NCBI GenBank assembly: GCA_016182185.1
Contig: JACOXU010000001.1
Location: forward strand, 402,915-466,914
Direction: 5' to 3'
DNA: 64,000 nt
From: Candidatus Levyibacteriota bacterium
GTDB taxonomy: Bacteria > Patescibacteriota > Microgenomatia > Levybacterales > UBA12049
Shown: piece after piece, positions 46,781-56,954 of the stretch
Numbering within the stretch: position 1 is the stretch's first letter
Layout: each line of letters begins with the position of its first letter
Notes under the pieces: model-generated
Databases searched by the model: none
Told to the model about the DNA's origin: nothing
The model's input: only the letters and a program-made list of their open reading frames with translations
Program-made: the position numbers and the translations under genes

Positions 46781-49700
46781 CAGTTACCTCCGCTTCAGGC
46801 GTTGCGGTATCGCCATTTGAAATTACTTGTTCCCCGCCTAATTCTTCCTGAAGCTTCTTCCCTTCCTCTTCTTTCTTTTCTTCCTCGATGGCTTCGGACA
46901 ATGGAAGTTCGGTTAACTTCGGAGTCTCAACCGTTGCCCCCTGAGCAACAACATTTAAGGAAAGTGCCGCAAGTTCTTTTATCAAAACTCTAAATGACTC
47001 GGGGACTTTCGGGGTCGGAATATCGGTTCCTTTAACAATTGCCTCAAAAGATTTTGCCCTTCCTACAACATCGTCTGATTTGATAGTCAACATTTCTTGT
47101 AAAATATATCTTGCTCTGTGTGCTTCAAGCGCCCATACTTCCATTTCTCCCAGTCTTTGACCACCCATCTGAGCCTTTCCTCCCAACGGCTGTTGAGTAA
47201 CAAGCGAGTATGGACCCGTTGATCTGGCATGAGTTTTATCCTCAACCATGTGAATAAGCTTCATTATGTACTCTATGCCTACAACAACCGGATTTTCATA
47301 AGGTTCTCCGGTCCTCCCATCGTAAAGAATCGTCTTCCCATCTTCTGGAAGTTTTGCTTCTTTAAGAAGCGAGATAATCTTGTCCTCACCAATCTCTTCA
47401 AAAACCGGAGCAGAAATTTTAATATTTAATTTCTTGGCTGCCCATCCAAGATGCGCTTCCAAAAGCTGGCCCAAATTCATACGAGCCAAAACACTTATAG
47501 GAGAAATAATTATATCAACTGGCGTTCCGTCGGAAAGATAAGGCATATCTTCGGCAGGTAATATTTTTGAAATTACCCCTTTATTTCCGTGTCTTCCTGC
47601 CAGCTTATCTCCAACGGTAACATGTCTAAATTGCGCAACCTCGACTATAATTTTTTTAATAGTTCCAGGTTCAAGCTCGTCACCTTTTTTCCTATCAAGA
47701 ATATTTACATTTATTACTGTTCCTCTCTCGCCATTTGGTACACGCAAAGATGTATCTCTGACCTCTCTTGCCTGTTCACCAAAAATCGCACGCAGAAGCC
47801 TTTCTTCAGCCGTAAGCTCAGTTTCTCCTTTTGGAGCAATTTTTCCAACCAATATATCACCGGGTCCTACTTCGCTTCCTACAACCACAATTCCGTCCTC
47901 ATCAAGATTGGCTAAATCCTCTTCTGAGACATTTGGAATATCACGAGTAGTTTCTTCGGCTCCAAGCTTGGTTTCAACAACTGCTACATCATATTTCTCA
48001 ATATGAATAGAGGACAGGATATCTTCTTTGATGAGTCTGTCTGAAATAACGATAGCATCTTCGTATCCTAACCCATCAAGCGAAGCGTATGCGATAAGTA
48101 AGTTTTTACCCAGGGCAAGCTCTCCTTTGTCAGATGCCGGACCGTCAATCAAAAGATCTCCATATTTTACCTTATCCCCGGTTGAAACCATAGTTCTTTG
48201 AGTATAAGAGGTTGCCTGCGAACTTCTTTTGAATGAACCGAGCTTGTAAGTAAGTTCCTCTCCCTTTTTTGACTTGACTGTCACTTTAGTAGCATCGGCA
48301 TATATAACTGTTCCATCGTATGGTGCCCTAGTTACTCTACTCATAACTTCTGATACAGCCTGTTCCATGCCAGTGCCTACTACTGGGCTCTCTAAAGAAA
48401 TAAGAGGAACTGCCTGGCACTGCATATGGGTTCCCATAAGAGCTCTATTTGCTTCATCGTGGCTTACAAAGGGAATAAGAGAAGCTGCAGTTCCAACAAC
48501 TTGTCGAGGCACTACATCAACAAATTCCACTTTTTCACTGTCTGCTTCTATAAATTCACCCTTATACCTTACAGGAACGCGCTGCTCCTCAATTGTTCCA
48601 TCTTTTGAAAGAATACCTGCATGCGTAATGTAATGATCCCTTTCATCATCTGCTGCCATATAAACAATTTCATTGGTTGCTTTTATATTTACTTTTTTCC
48701 CTCTTTTGTCTTTGATTATTTTTCTATAAGGAGCTTCAAGAAATCCATATTTATTAACTTTTGAGTAAAGAGTCATATAGGTAACAAGTCCAATATTTGG
48801 TCCTTCAGGACTTCTGATTGGGCAAATTCTTCCATACTGAGAACTGTTGATATCGCGAATCGAAAAGGCCGCCCTTTCCCTTGAAATACCGCCTGTTCCC
48901 ATGACAGTAAGTCGGTTTAAATTATCGACCTCAGACAAGGGATTTGTTTGATCAAGAATGGTTGAAAGTTGTGAGGTTCTGAAAAACTCATTTATCGAGG
49001 CCATTATCGGTCTTGCATTTATGAGCCCTGAGATTGAAACAGGAACGTCTGGTTGGATAAGGCTCATCCTTTCCTTAATACTTCTTTCAAGTCTTAAAAT
49101 TCCAACTCGGAAAGCATTGGTGGCGACCAGTTCTCCAACTCTTCTTACTCTTCGATTTGCAAGACTATCAATATCGTCCACTCCATCTCTTCCCTGAGCA
49201 AGCTCAATCAAAAAATTTATAGTTCCTACAATATCATCAATTGTCAGAACATGTTCTTGTGTTTCTGAAAAACCAGGTATGTCTTTCAGTTTTCGGTTAA
49301 TTTTGTACCTGCCCACGTCTCCCAAATCATATCTTCTATGATTAAAGAACATTCCATTAAAACTTTCTTTTACTTTTTCAAGAACAATCGGCTCACCCGG
49401 ATGTAGCTTTCGGAAAATTTCAACTAAAGCTTCCTGAGAATCTCCAGTTTCATCCTTTTTGAGAGTGTTTTCAATGAATGATGTATTTCCTTTGTCTTCC
49501 GACTCTTTAAATCTTTCCCTGATTTGATCACTGCTTCCAATGCCGATTGCTCGCAAAAAGGTTGTTGCCAGGAATTTTCTTCTTCTGTCAATTCTCACCG
49601 TAATTGTTTCATGTCTTGTAGTTGAAAATTCAAGCCATGATCCGTGAACGGGTCTTATCTCTGCCATATACATTGTCTTTCCCGTAACATTGTCCTCAAT

Positions 49701-50144
49701 TGCTGTAAAGAATGCGCCCGGGGAACGGACGAGCTGATTTACAATTGTTCGCTCCACGCCATTAATAATAAATGTTCCTTGTTCGGTCATTTGAGGAATA
49801 TCGCCCAAAAATACTTCCTGTTCGATTTTGGCATCTGTTTTTTTATTTGTAAGTACTGCATCCACATAAAGAGGCATATCAAAAGTTAATCCTTTTTCTA
49901 TAGCTATGTCCGGGGTAATTTGCGATTTGCCTATACGATATTTCTTAAACTCAAGACTCCAGTTTTTTTCGGTAAAATCATCGATTGGGGATATTTCTTT
50001 AAGAATTTCCCCAATGCCTTCTTCAATAAACCATTTATAAGATTCTTTTTGAACTGAAAGAAGATCTAATTTGGGCAAAAATGTATATTCACTACCCCAA
50101 TTTTTTCTGAGGTCGTTTTTTATTTTAATATTTGATTTAGGCAT
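46767..50144 (-). CDS. rpoB: DNA-directed RNA polymerase subunit beta
   Basis: A 1125-aa protein with the rifampicin-region and catalytic motifs. Confidence 0.98.
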   Translation of the reverse strand: MPKSNIKIKNDLRKNWGSEYTFLPKLDLLSVQKESYKWFIEEGIGEILKEISPIDDFTEKNWSLEFKKYRIGKSQITPDIAIEKGLTFDMPLYVDAVLTNKKTDAKIEQEVFLGDIPQMTEQGTFIINGVERTIVNQLVRSPGAFFTAIEDNVTGKTMYMAEIRPVHGSWLEFSTTRHETITVRIDRRRKFLATTFLRAIGIGSSDQIRERFKESEDKGNTSFIENTLKKDETGDSQEALVEIFRKLHPGEPIVLEKVKESFNGMFFNHRRYDLGDVGRYKINRKLKDIPGFSETQEHVLTIDDIVGTINFLIELAQGRDGVDDIDSLANRRVRRVGELVATNAFRVGILRLERSIKERMSLIQPDVPVSISGLINARPIMASINEFFRTSQLSTILDQTNPLSEVDNLNRLTVMGTGGISRERAAFSIRDINSSQYGRICPIRSPEGPNIGLVTYMTLYSKVNKYGFLEAPYRKIIKDKRGKKVNIKATNEIVYMAADDERDHYITHAGILSKDGTIEEQRVPVRYKGEFIEADSEKVEFVDVVPRQVVGTAASLIPFVSHDEANRALMGTHMQCQAVPLISLESPVVGTGMEQAVSEVMSRVTRAPYDGTVIYADATKVTVKSKKGEELTYKLGSFKRSSQATSYTQRTMVSTGDKVKYGDLLIDGPASDKGELALGKNLLIAYASLDGLGYEDAIVISDRLIKEDILSSIHIEKYDVAVVETKLGAEETTRDIPNVSEEDLANLDEDGIVVVGSEVGPGDILVGKIAPKGETELTAEERLLRAIFGEQAREVRDTSLRVPNGERGTVINVNILDRKKGDELEPGTIKKIIVEVAQFRHVTVGDKLAGRHGNKGVISKILPAEDMPYLSDGTPVDIIISPISVLARMNLGQLLEAHLGWAAKKLNIKISAPVFEEIGEDKIISLLKEAKLPEDGKTILYDGRTGEPYENPVVVGIEYIMKLIHMVEDKTHARSTGPYSLVTQQPLGGKAQMGGQRLGEMEVWALEAHRARYILQEMLTIKSDDVVGRAKSFEAIVKGTDIPTPKVPESFRVLIKELAALSLNVVAQGATVETPKLTELPLSEAIEEEKKEEEGKKLQEELGGEQVISNGDTATPEAEVTDEQK

Positions 50145-50184
50145 CGGATAAATTCAAAAGAAAACTTGCTACTTAACAAAAAAA

Positions 50185-50215
50185 ACACAAGGTGCAAGAC
50201 ACCTTATTCTTGTTT
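50185..50215 (-). promoter_or_regulatory. Hairpin plus U-tract in the rpoB leader (attenuator-like)
   Basis: The minus strand reads AAGGTG-tcttg-CACCTT followed by GTGTTTTTTTTG. Confidence 0.3.
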
Positions 50216-50272
50216 CAATGGCGTGTAACTCTTATAACATAGAGGCTTTTGTATGTCAATACCCTATTTGAT

Positions 50273-50659
50273 TTAGGAGATGGAATAGTTTATTTTTCTC
50301 TCGCTGGGGCCGTTGAGCTCGACCAAAATTACTCTCTGCCAATCGCCTAGCTGTAGTTCGTTATTTTCAAATATTAAAGACAATGAGGTCCCCAGAATTG
50401 ATGAAAGTATATGGTCGGGAGTGTGCGTTGGATCATGAGGATGACGAAATGAGATTTGAGGAATCATTTTTCTTACGGCTTCCAAAATATCTTTATCAGT
50501 TCCCGGATCAAGGTCAGCTGTTGTGAGTGCGCAAGTTGTATGAAGTAAATTAAGAACTATAATCCCATCTTTTTTGCCTGATTTTTTAATTAACTCATTT
50601 ATATCATCCGTAATATCTACAACTTCATCTTTTGTATTTGTTTTAACAGTAAAATTCAT
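50273..50659 (-). CDS. YjbQ/UPF0047 family protein
   Basis: HTTCALT....DLD and a C-terminal LGDWQRVILVELNGP motif. Confidence 0.7.
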   Translation of the reverse strand: MNFTVKTNTKDEVVDITDDINELIKKSGKKDGIIVLNLLHTTCALTTADLDPGTDKDILEAVRKMIPQISFRHPHDPTHTPDHILSSILGTSLSLIFENNELQLGDWQRVILVELNGPSERKINYSIS

Positions 50660-51909
50660 ATCCTTTTATTTTCCAATCTTCGCAAAGCCTTATCTTTTGC
50701 GATTGGATCGATTCTAGATTTACCCACTGCTTTTTGCAATATATTAATAGTAGCATCGTAAGTCTCTCTACCTACAGGATATGGAATTGCATCTTTTCCT
50801 CCATGTGCAAAACTGTATCTCGCCGGATCTTCGTAAGACGGGTCTGCTCCATATATAACTTCTCCTACCAGAGACAGGGCGCGTATTGTTTTGGGCCCAA
50901 CTCCTTCAATTGCCAATAAGTCTTCGTAATCTTTTGGACTTTCATAAGTAACTTTTTGGAGAATCTTATCTAGATATTTGCTTTTGGTAAAATCTTCATG
51001 AACAACAGGATGAGTTGTAAAATGCGGATCATTAAGCTTGAGAAAAGTTAATTGCTCTCCATCTTTTCCTTCTTTTTCCGATGGTACTTCAAGAGAAACC
51101 ATTTGAGAGTATTCAGAAAAATGACTTCTGAGAAGTTGTATATCTTTCATCAAGGTGTTATATCCGGATGAAACCAACTCTTGTGACAAATTTCTATTTC
51201 CTTTGCTTTTTTTATCTATGAGATTTAAAACGTTTTTCTCAAAAGCCTGCGATGCAATTCCCGCATGGGGCTCATCTATAAAGTCCTTTCCATATTTTTT
51301 ATTTTTAATATTTAATTTTTGATCTTGTAGCTCGTCATACCAATGATACCGTCTTGCTGTTGAACTGATGGTATTCATCCCCTGCTGAACTACTGCCCAG
51401 CTATCGATAACAGGAACTGAAGAATTTCGGTTTTTTTTTACCGAAAAGAAGAAAGCATGATGATAAATTTGATAACCGTCCTGGACCAGACTTGAGTCTA
51501 CTTTGGCAGTCATTTTTGAACTGTATGAAAGACTTTTTACTTTTTGAGAATCCAAACTTAATTTTTCTCCCCAAGCAAGAATCTCATCTGGTGTTTTCCT
51601 TGAAGTTTTTCCTTTTCCTCCACAGATAAAAATACCTAGTTCTTTTTCCTGTCCGCGGATTGCTTCTTTAAGAGCAGCAGTTAATATAGTGGTGAGACCT
51701 GATGCATTCCAATCAAAGGCAAGAACTGTACCCAATGACTGAAACCAGACAGGATCGGCAATTCTTTTTACAAATTCTGTTGGTCCGTATTCATCAACCA
51801 GGACCCGTGTCATTTCCCGACCCAAAGCAACCATTCGTCTAAAAAGCCAAGGAGGACACTTTCCCGTATCAAGTGTGAAAGTTGCGACGCCTCTTTTCAT
51901 AAGATGCAC
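50656..51909 (-). CDS. DUF763-like protein with a C-terminal helix-hairpin-helix
   Basis: The N-terminal GKCPPWLFRRM and the C-terminal LLAIEGVGPKTIRAL are recalled from memory as DUF763 features. Confidence 0.4.
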   Translation of the reverse strand: MHLMKRGVATFTLDTGKCPPWLFRRMVALGREMTRVLVDEYGPTEFVKRIADPVWFQSLGTVLAFDWNASGLTTILTAALKEAIRGQEKELGIFICGGKGKTSRKTPDEILAWGEKLSLDSQKVKSLSYSSKMTAKVDSSLVQDGYQIYHHAFFFSVKKNRNSSVPVIDSWAVVQQGMNTISSTARRYHWYDELQDQKLNIKNKKYGKDFIDEPHAGIASQAFEKNVLNLIDKKSKGNRNLSQELVSSGYNTLMKDIQLLRSHFSEYSQMVSLEVPSEKEGKDGEQLTFLKLNDPHFTTHPVVHEDFTKSKYLDKILQKVTYESPKDYEDLLAIEGVGPKTIRALSLVGEVIYGADPSYEDPARYSFAHGGKDAIPYPVGRETYDATINILQKAVGKSRIDPIAKDKALRRLENKRI

Positions 51910-51946
51910 TTACAAATTACCACATGCATCCTAATTTCTCAAGGAT

Positions 51947-52198
51947 TTAAGACGAAGGTCTTTTAATGTCGTAGACTACTTTTTCCTGCGGCCTTGGCCA
52001 CTGTTTGATAACTAGGTGATGATCTTGATCCGACTCTGATTCGTGCAATCGTGCTAAGTTGTATGCACGTCTGTGATTTAATTCGTCTCCTGGCCGCGCA
52101 AGAGCAACTGGTTCTTTCTCTGAAAATGGATTAAAACAAGTATTGCACTCCACAGAATAAAAACTAAAACCACCTGATAAATCACCTTCAATAGTCAT
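51947..52198 (-). CDS. Hypothetical protein (83 aa)
   Basis: An ORF in an operon-like position between the Tag and DUF763 genes. No recognisable motif was found. Confidence 0.25.
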   Translation of the reverse strand: MTIEGDLSGGFSFYSVECNTCFNPFSEKEPVALARPGDELNHRRAYNLARLHESESDQDHHLVIKQWPRPQEKVVYDIKRPSS

Positions 52199-52225
52199 GA
52201 TAAAAACTAGAAGATTTTATTATTT

Positions 52226-52813
52226 TTAAGAAGGCCTGTCAATTAAATCGTTAATTCTCTTATAGCAAGAACAATTTACTAGATGGTCGTTGACCATTCC
52301 TGCTGCCTGCATAAAAGCATAACAAATAGTTGAACCTACAAACTTAAATCCGCGTTTAATCAAATCTTTGCTCATCTCATCCGACTCAGAACTTTTCGCA
52401 GGAATTTCAGATAGATTTTTAAACTTATTAGTTTTCGTCTTACCATTTGTAAACTGCCAGATATATTTATCAAAACTGCCGAATTCTTTTTGTATCTCAA
52501 GAAATCTTTGGGCATTCGAAATTGCGGCATTAATTTTGGCACGGTTTCGGATAATTCCTGCATCGGTGAGCAATCGGTTATAATCTTTCTCACCGTATTT
52601 AGCAATTTTCTCTGGAGTAAAATTATCAAATGCTTTGCGGAAATTTTCTCTTTTCTTAAGTACCGTGTTCCAGGAAAGACCTGCTTGAAAAGCATCCAGA
52701 ATCATATACTCAAAAAGGGTTCTATCATCATGAACCGGAACCCCCCACTCTTCATCATGATAGACAATCATAAGTCGGTCTTCTCCTGGCCAAGAACATT
52801 TATTCTTATTCAT
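52226..52813 (-). CDS. tag: DNA-3-methyladenine glycosylase I
   Basis: CSWPGEDRLMIVYHDEEWGVPVHDDRTLFEYMILDAFQAGLSWNTVLKKRENFRKAF. Confidence 0.85.
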   Translation of the reverse strand: MNKNKCSWPGEDRLMIVYHDEEWGVPVHDDRTLFEYMILDAFQAGLSWNTVLKKRENFRKAFDNFTPEKIAKYGEKDYNRLLTDAGIIRNRAKINAAISNAQRFLEIQKEFGSFDKYIWQFTNGKTKTNKFKNLSEIPAKSSESDEMSKDLIKRGFKFVGSTICYAFMQAAGMVNDHLVNCSCYKRINDLIDRPS

Positions 52814-52839
52814 AAAAAGATTATATCAGGAGACCATAT

Positions 52840-53226
52840 TTATCGGTTGAGAGATTGAGATTGTATTCGGTAATATCCTGGTGCTTTAATTCTTACCGAT
52901 ACTGACTGATCTGATTTTCTTGCAAAAGAAATTTTAATCGGCATATCTTTGATCCTGTAATCAACATTTGTTTTAATTTGTTGTATTTTGCTTGTAATAG
53001 AAATATTATCTTCGATCAAACTTAAAGCAATTCTTAAAGAATCTGGGGACAAGAACATTTGAGGAACTATTCTATATGAAATCGCTGTTCTTATTTTTCT
53101 TATTTGAATCTCCTCCAATAGCGGACAGGTCAAAAAAATATTTCTGCCTTTGCCAGGGTTTCTCTCAGATGCCAATATAAGATTGGGCGGTTGTCTAACC
53201 AGACCCTTTTCTTTCATTGCAGACAA
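52840..53226 (-). CDS. Hypothetical protein (128 aa)
   Basis: ORF only. Confidence 0.3.
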   Translation of the reverse strand: MSAMKEKGLVRQPPNLILASERNPGKGRNIFLTCPLLEEIQIRKIRTAISYRIVPQMFLSPDSLRIALSLIEDNISITSKIQQIKTNVDYRIKDMPIKISFARKSDQSVSVRIKAPGYYRIQSQSLNR

Positions 53227-53274
53227 ATTATAAGATGATTAAATTGAGAATTCAAGAAAAACTGGTGTTGATTT

Positions 53275-53964
53275 TTGAAAATATTGGGTGTATACTCCCA
53301 ACTAATGTCAAAACAAATCGGAATAATTATAGGAATTATAGTGCTAGTCTTAATCGGTGGTGCAGTCGCATATACTCAATTAAATAAATCCTCACAGGCT
53401 CCGCAACAACCAACAACTGTTGGAGAGGAAAAAACCCAATCATCTGAATCAATGAACAAAGGATCTTTTAAGAGCCTCTTGGGTATGGGACAGACTGTAA
53501 CGTGTAATGTTTCTTATTCTGTTGATCAAATGGAGTCAAAGGGAACAGTTTATGTTGCGGGTAAAAAAATGAGAGGAGATTTTACTGTGAAGACCGCCGA
53601 TAGTCAAGCAATGGATAGTCACATGATTACCGATGAAATGTATATGTATTCCTGGTCCTCGGCAAATTCTCAAGGTGTAAAATTTAAGATCGACGAAGCT
53701 CTGCAAATTACACCGTCTCCAGGAGCCCAATCTCAAACTGCGCAACTTGATCAGGAAGTTGATTACAAATGTTCTTCATGGACAGTAGATAATTCAAAAT
53801 TCACTCCTCCGTCAAATATCAAATTTACAGATATGTCTAGCATGATGAATCAAATGAAAACACAACCAAGCGGGGCTACTCAAAACAACCAATCAGCAAT
53901 TTGTGACCAAATAGAAGATCCTACAGCTAAGGCATCTTGTCTTAAAGCCGTTTCTGGTCAATAA
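53275..53964 (+). CDS. Hypothetical membrane-anchored secreted protein
   Basis: N-terminal transmembrane or signal-anchor segment (IGIIIGIIVLVLIGGAV) and a Ser/Thr/Gln-rich ectodomain containing four Cys residues. Confidence 0.45.
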   Translation: MKILGVYSQLMSKQIGIIIGIIVLVLIGGAVAYTQLNKSSQAPQQPTTVGEEKTQSSESMNKGSFKSLLGMGQTVTCNVSYSVDQMESKGTVYVAGKKMRGDFTVKTADSQAMDSHMITDEMYMYSWSSANSQGVKFKIDEALQITPSPGAQSQTAQLDQEVDYKCSSWTVDNSKFTPPSNIKFTDMSSMMNQMKTQPSGATQNNQSAICDQIEDPTAKASCLKAVSGQ

Positions 53965-54119
53965 TTCCCAGAAGTTTTACCAGCAGAATTCGTCTTCTTC
54001 CATAAAAATCCTTTTATAACAATCTAATCTATCAGGATACTACTTATACACCCAGCTCAGCTATTTGTCAATGTTGAAAACTGTATAAGAAAAATGCTCT
54101 TGACATCAAGCATAAAAAA

Positions 54120-54689
54120 ATGTATAAAGTTAAACTTATGAGAAGAAATGAAAGAGGCGGACATCATTATTGGAATGAGGCTCCGTTTCTGCTTGCTCCC
54201 TTTTTATCGGTTGTCCTTCTTGCATCAATTTGTTCAGATCAAAAAAATGTAAGTCCGGCCGTATCGAATAGACCTGTTCCCCAACCCACTCCCGATATTC
54301 TTGCGTTCAGAGAGGATGCAGATTGCAGAGAAGTTTTGACAGAAATACAAGGGGCCCATAACAAGAGCGGTCTCACTCCGTATGGAGGAAAGTATTATTT
54401 AATAGCCAGTCCCTTAGATGGTTCTGCTCTTCGTGTACTTGTTTTAACAAGTAAGGAAGATTTCAAAAGGGAAGTCGAAAGTTTTGATGCTAACTTAAGA
54501 GATAATCTTTCAAGAACAAACATTGAATATTTTCCTGTAACTTATTATCGCGTCGGTAAAAAAATTGAAGGAGGAGGAACTCTAGTTGATGAAAGCGTTC
54601 CGAGTATCCCGAAAGGAGAACGAGGGATTGGACCGGCATGCTATTCACCAGCTCCCGCCACCCCCGCCGCCGCTCCCGCTTCCAGATGA
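54120..54689 (+). CDS. Hypothetical lipoprotein-like protein
   Basis: Signal-like N-terminus with LLASIC. The last 45 nt overlap the 3' end of the DUF2207 gene on the opposite strand. Confidence 0.35.
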   Translation: MYKVKLMRRNERGGHHYWNEAPFLLAPFLSVVLLASICSDQKNVSPAVSNRPVPQPTPDILAFREDADCREVLTEIQGAHNKSGLTPYGGKYYLIASPLDGSALRVLVLTSKEDFKREVESFDANLRDNLSRTNIEYFPVTYYRVGKKIEGGGTLVDESVPSIPKGERGIGPACYSPAPATPAAAPASR

Positions 54690-56306
54690 ACCGCCTGAAA
54701 ATCCGGATGAAGAAGACGGAGCAGAAGTCGCAATATTATTTCCTATATTTGAATAAAATCCTGCATAGTTTGTGTAAAAACTACCACTATATCCCGCATA
54801 CCAGGAGGGATTATAATCAGGTTTAAGAATTTTAAGACTTTCCATAAATTTATCGATGTACCCCAGCGCAATCGCATAAGGAATCATTTGCTCAACAATA
54901 TAAAATTTTTCAGCCTGCCATTTGTAATTTCTATCCATGCTCTTTAAGAATAGTTTTAATCCGTCGATTTTAAAATCTATTTCGTCTCCTACTGCTGTTC
55001 TACCAATAAGTTTTACCGAAAGGAAAAATAAAATTCCTGCCAGAAATATATTCAGAGTAAAAAGTGAAAATAATCCTGTAAATAAAAGAAGTGATCTTTG
55101 AATTTTGGGATTCTTAAGATAATACCCTTTTTCAACCAGAAGCTTGAAAACATCTTTTTCCATTTCCTCAAATGTTTTATAAAAATCTTTTTTGAGAGTA
55201 TCAACTTCAACACTTTTTCCTGCTTCGAAAAGCCGGTTAAATAATTTTTTCTCATATGCATTTAATTTCCCGTCATCTTCTTTAAACTTTGTAATTACTT
55301 GTTCTCTATGGGACGTGTTTATAACTCTTAAAACTTTTGAGGATTTATTTATTTCTTCAAGTTTTATATACTTTCTGATTGCCAAATCAAAAATGGTGGC
55401 CACCACATCATCTCTCTCAAGTTTTGCTGTATCTATTGTCCCAGCAAGAGCAGGTGGAATTCTTTCTTTATTTAAATCTTCAGGAAAATCAAAATTAACA
55501 ACAGGTTTTCCGAATCTTTTTTTATTTTTATTCTTCTGATACCAAACAAAAAGATAAGATGCAAGAATAAAATTTAGAAAAATAAAAATCAGATAATAGT
55601 TTTTTAGGATCGGATCAAAAATAGTTTCCGCAAAAGTCTTGGGGAAAGATCTAAGAAGAATACTTTTGGGAAAAGTGTTCGGAGGATAAACCGCAACTGC
55701 GGTTAGGCCTTCGCCGGGTGACAGAATTCCCAAATTGCTCGCAGAATAACCTGACACTTCGCAGTCTTTTTCTTTTGAGCCGGTAATTCCTGTAAAACAA
55801 ATATAATCTTTTTGCTCTACGCCAAAATCAGTGGCGATAGTTATTTTGGCTGCTTCAATTGGAACTTCCCAATTATTACCTGTCGCATTCCAATAAATCT
55901 CGTCATGATCGAGAAAATTACTGCCTATACCGTTTTCAACCGTGTAGGAAATTTTATAAATATGGGTGCCGGTTATTGTCTTATTTTTATTTCCTATCTT
56001 AATATCTATCTTATCTTTGCTTTGAGTTTTTTCAAAATTTTCAGGATTATTATCTCTCTCAATCTTTAGATTCTCAATTTTTACCACTCTGTAAAGATCG
56101 CCAACTTTTGAGTAAAGCGGAATAAATCTGTATATTCCATGACGGTCCAAATTCTCAAAATCATAATTAATTGTCTCAGTAATATCCATTAATCCATTTT
56201 TATGAGCCGCAATCTGAACTTCGAAGGATCTTATTTTCTCAGCAAAAGCAGAGGATGGATTAATAAAAAATGAGAGGAAAAACAGGAAGAAAAATAACTT
56301 TTTCAC
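54645..56306 (-). CDS. DUF2207-like membrane protein with a Gly-rich C-terminus
   Basis: Signal peptide, two transmembrane segments, and the tail SGGSSGSGSGGGGGGSW. Confidence 0.5.
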   Translation of the reverse strand: MKKLFFFLFFLSFFINPSSAFAEKIRSFEVQIAAHKNGLMDITETINYDFENLDRHGIYRFIPLYSKVGDLYRVVKIENLKIERDNNPENFEKTQSKDKIDIKIGNKNKTITGTHIYKISYTVENGIGSNFLDHDEIYWNATGNNWEVPIEAAKITIATDFGVEQKDYICFTGITGSKEKDCEVSGYSASNLGILSPGEGLTAVAVYPPNTFPKSILLRSFPKTFAETIFDPILKNYYLIFIFLNFILASYLFVWYQKNKNKKRFGKPVVNFDFPEDLNKERIPPALAGTIDTAKLERDDVVATIFDLAIRKYIKLEEINKSSKVLRVINTSHREQVITKFKEDDGKLNAYEKKLFNRLFEAGKSVEVDTLKKDFYKTFEEMEKDVFKLLVEKGYYLKNPKIQRSLLLFTGLFSLFTLNIFLAGILFFLSVKLIGRTAVGDEIDFKIDGLKLFLKSMDRNYKWQAEKFYIVEQMIPYAIALGYIDKFMESLKILKPDYNPSWYAGYSGSFYTNYAGFYSNIGNNIATSAPSSSSGFSGGSSGSGSGGGGGGSW

Positions 56307-56339
56307 TTCTCCCCAATTATACTACTTCTTTTTGAGGTT

Positions 56340-56885
56340 TTATTTTACATCCAACAGTTCGATGTCGAAAATAAGTGTTGCATCAGGAGGAATAGATCCT
56401 GCTCCCTGTGAACCGTAAGCAAGATCAGGAGGAATAATAAGTCTTCTTATTCCTCCAACTTTCATGCCCAAAATTCCCTGATCCCAACCCTTGATCACCT
56501 GTCCCATACCAATTACGGTTGCAAACGGCTGTCTTCCGACCGAACTATCAAAAACCTCTCCGTTAGTGAGTCTGCCTATATAATGAACCGTGACTGTATT
56601 TCCGCTTTTTACCTCTGCTCCGGTTCCTACTTTTGTATCTTCAACCTTAAGCTCTGTAACTGGGCCGAATGTTGGTATGGGAGTAGTTTGAGGTTTTGTG
56701 GGGGAAACAGCAAGAGACAATGTTGGTGAAATAACATTAGTCGGAGTCAAAGTTATTGTAGGAAAAGGAGTAAGTGGAATACCGTTTGCTGGAATGGACG
56801 ATTTTCTATCTATATTCATAACAATAACAGTTGCAATTACAACCAGAATCATAAATATAAATACCAGTAAATATTTATTTTCCAT
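56340..56885 (-). CDS. FKBP-type peptidyl-prolyl cis-trans isomerase, membrane-anchored
   Basis: VHYIGRLTNGEVFDSS...GMGQVIKGWDQGILGMKVGGIRRLIIPPDLAYG. Confidence 0.85.
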   Translation of the reverse strand: MENKYLLVFIFMILVVIATVIVMNIDRKSSIPANGIPLTPFPTITLTPTNVISPTLSLAVSPTKPQTTPIPTFGPVTELKVEDTKVGTGAEVKSGNTVTVHYIGRLTNGEVFDSSVGRQPFATVIGMGQVIKGWDQGILGMKVGGIRRLIIPPDLAYGSQGAGSIPPDATLIFDIELLDVK

Positions 56886-56954
56886 ATTGAATGGGGTAAT
56901 TTTAGCAGAAAACTCAATGAGATGGTATAATCAAGTAAATTTTGTAAAGCACAA

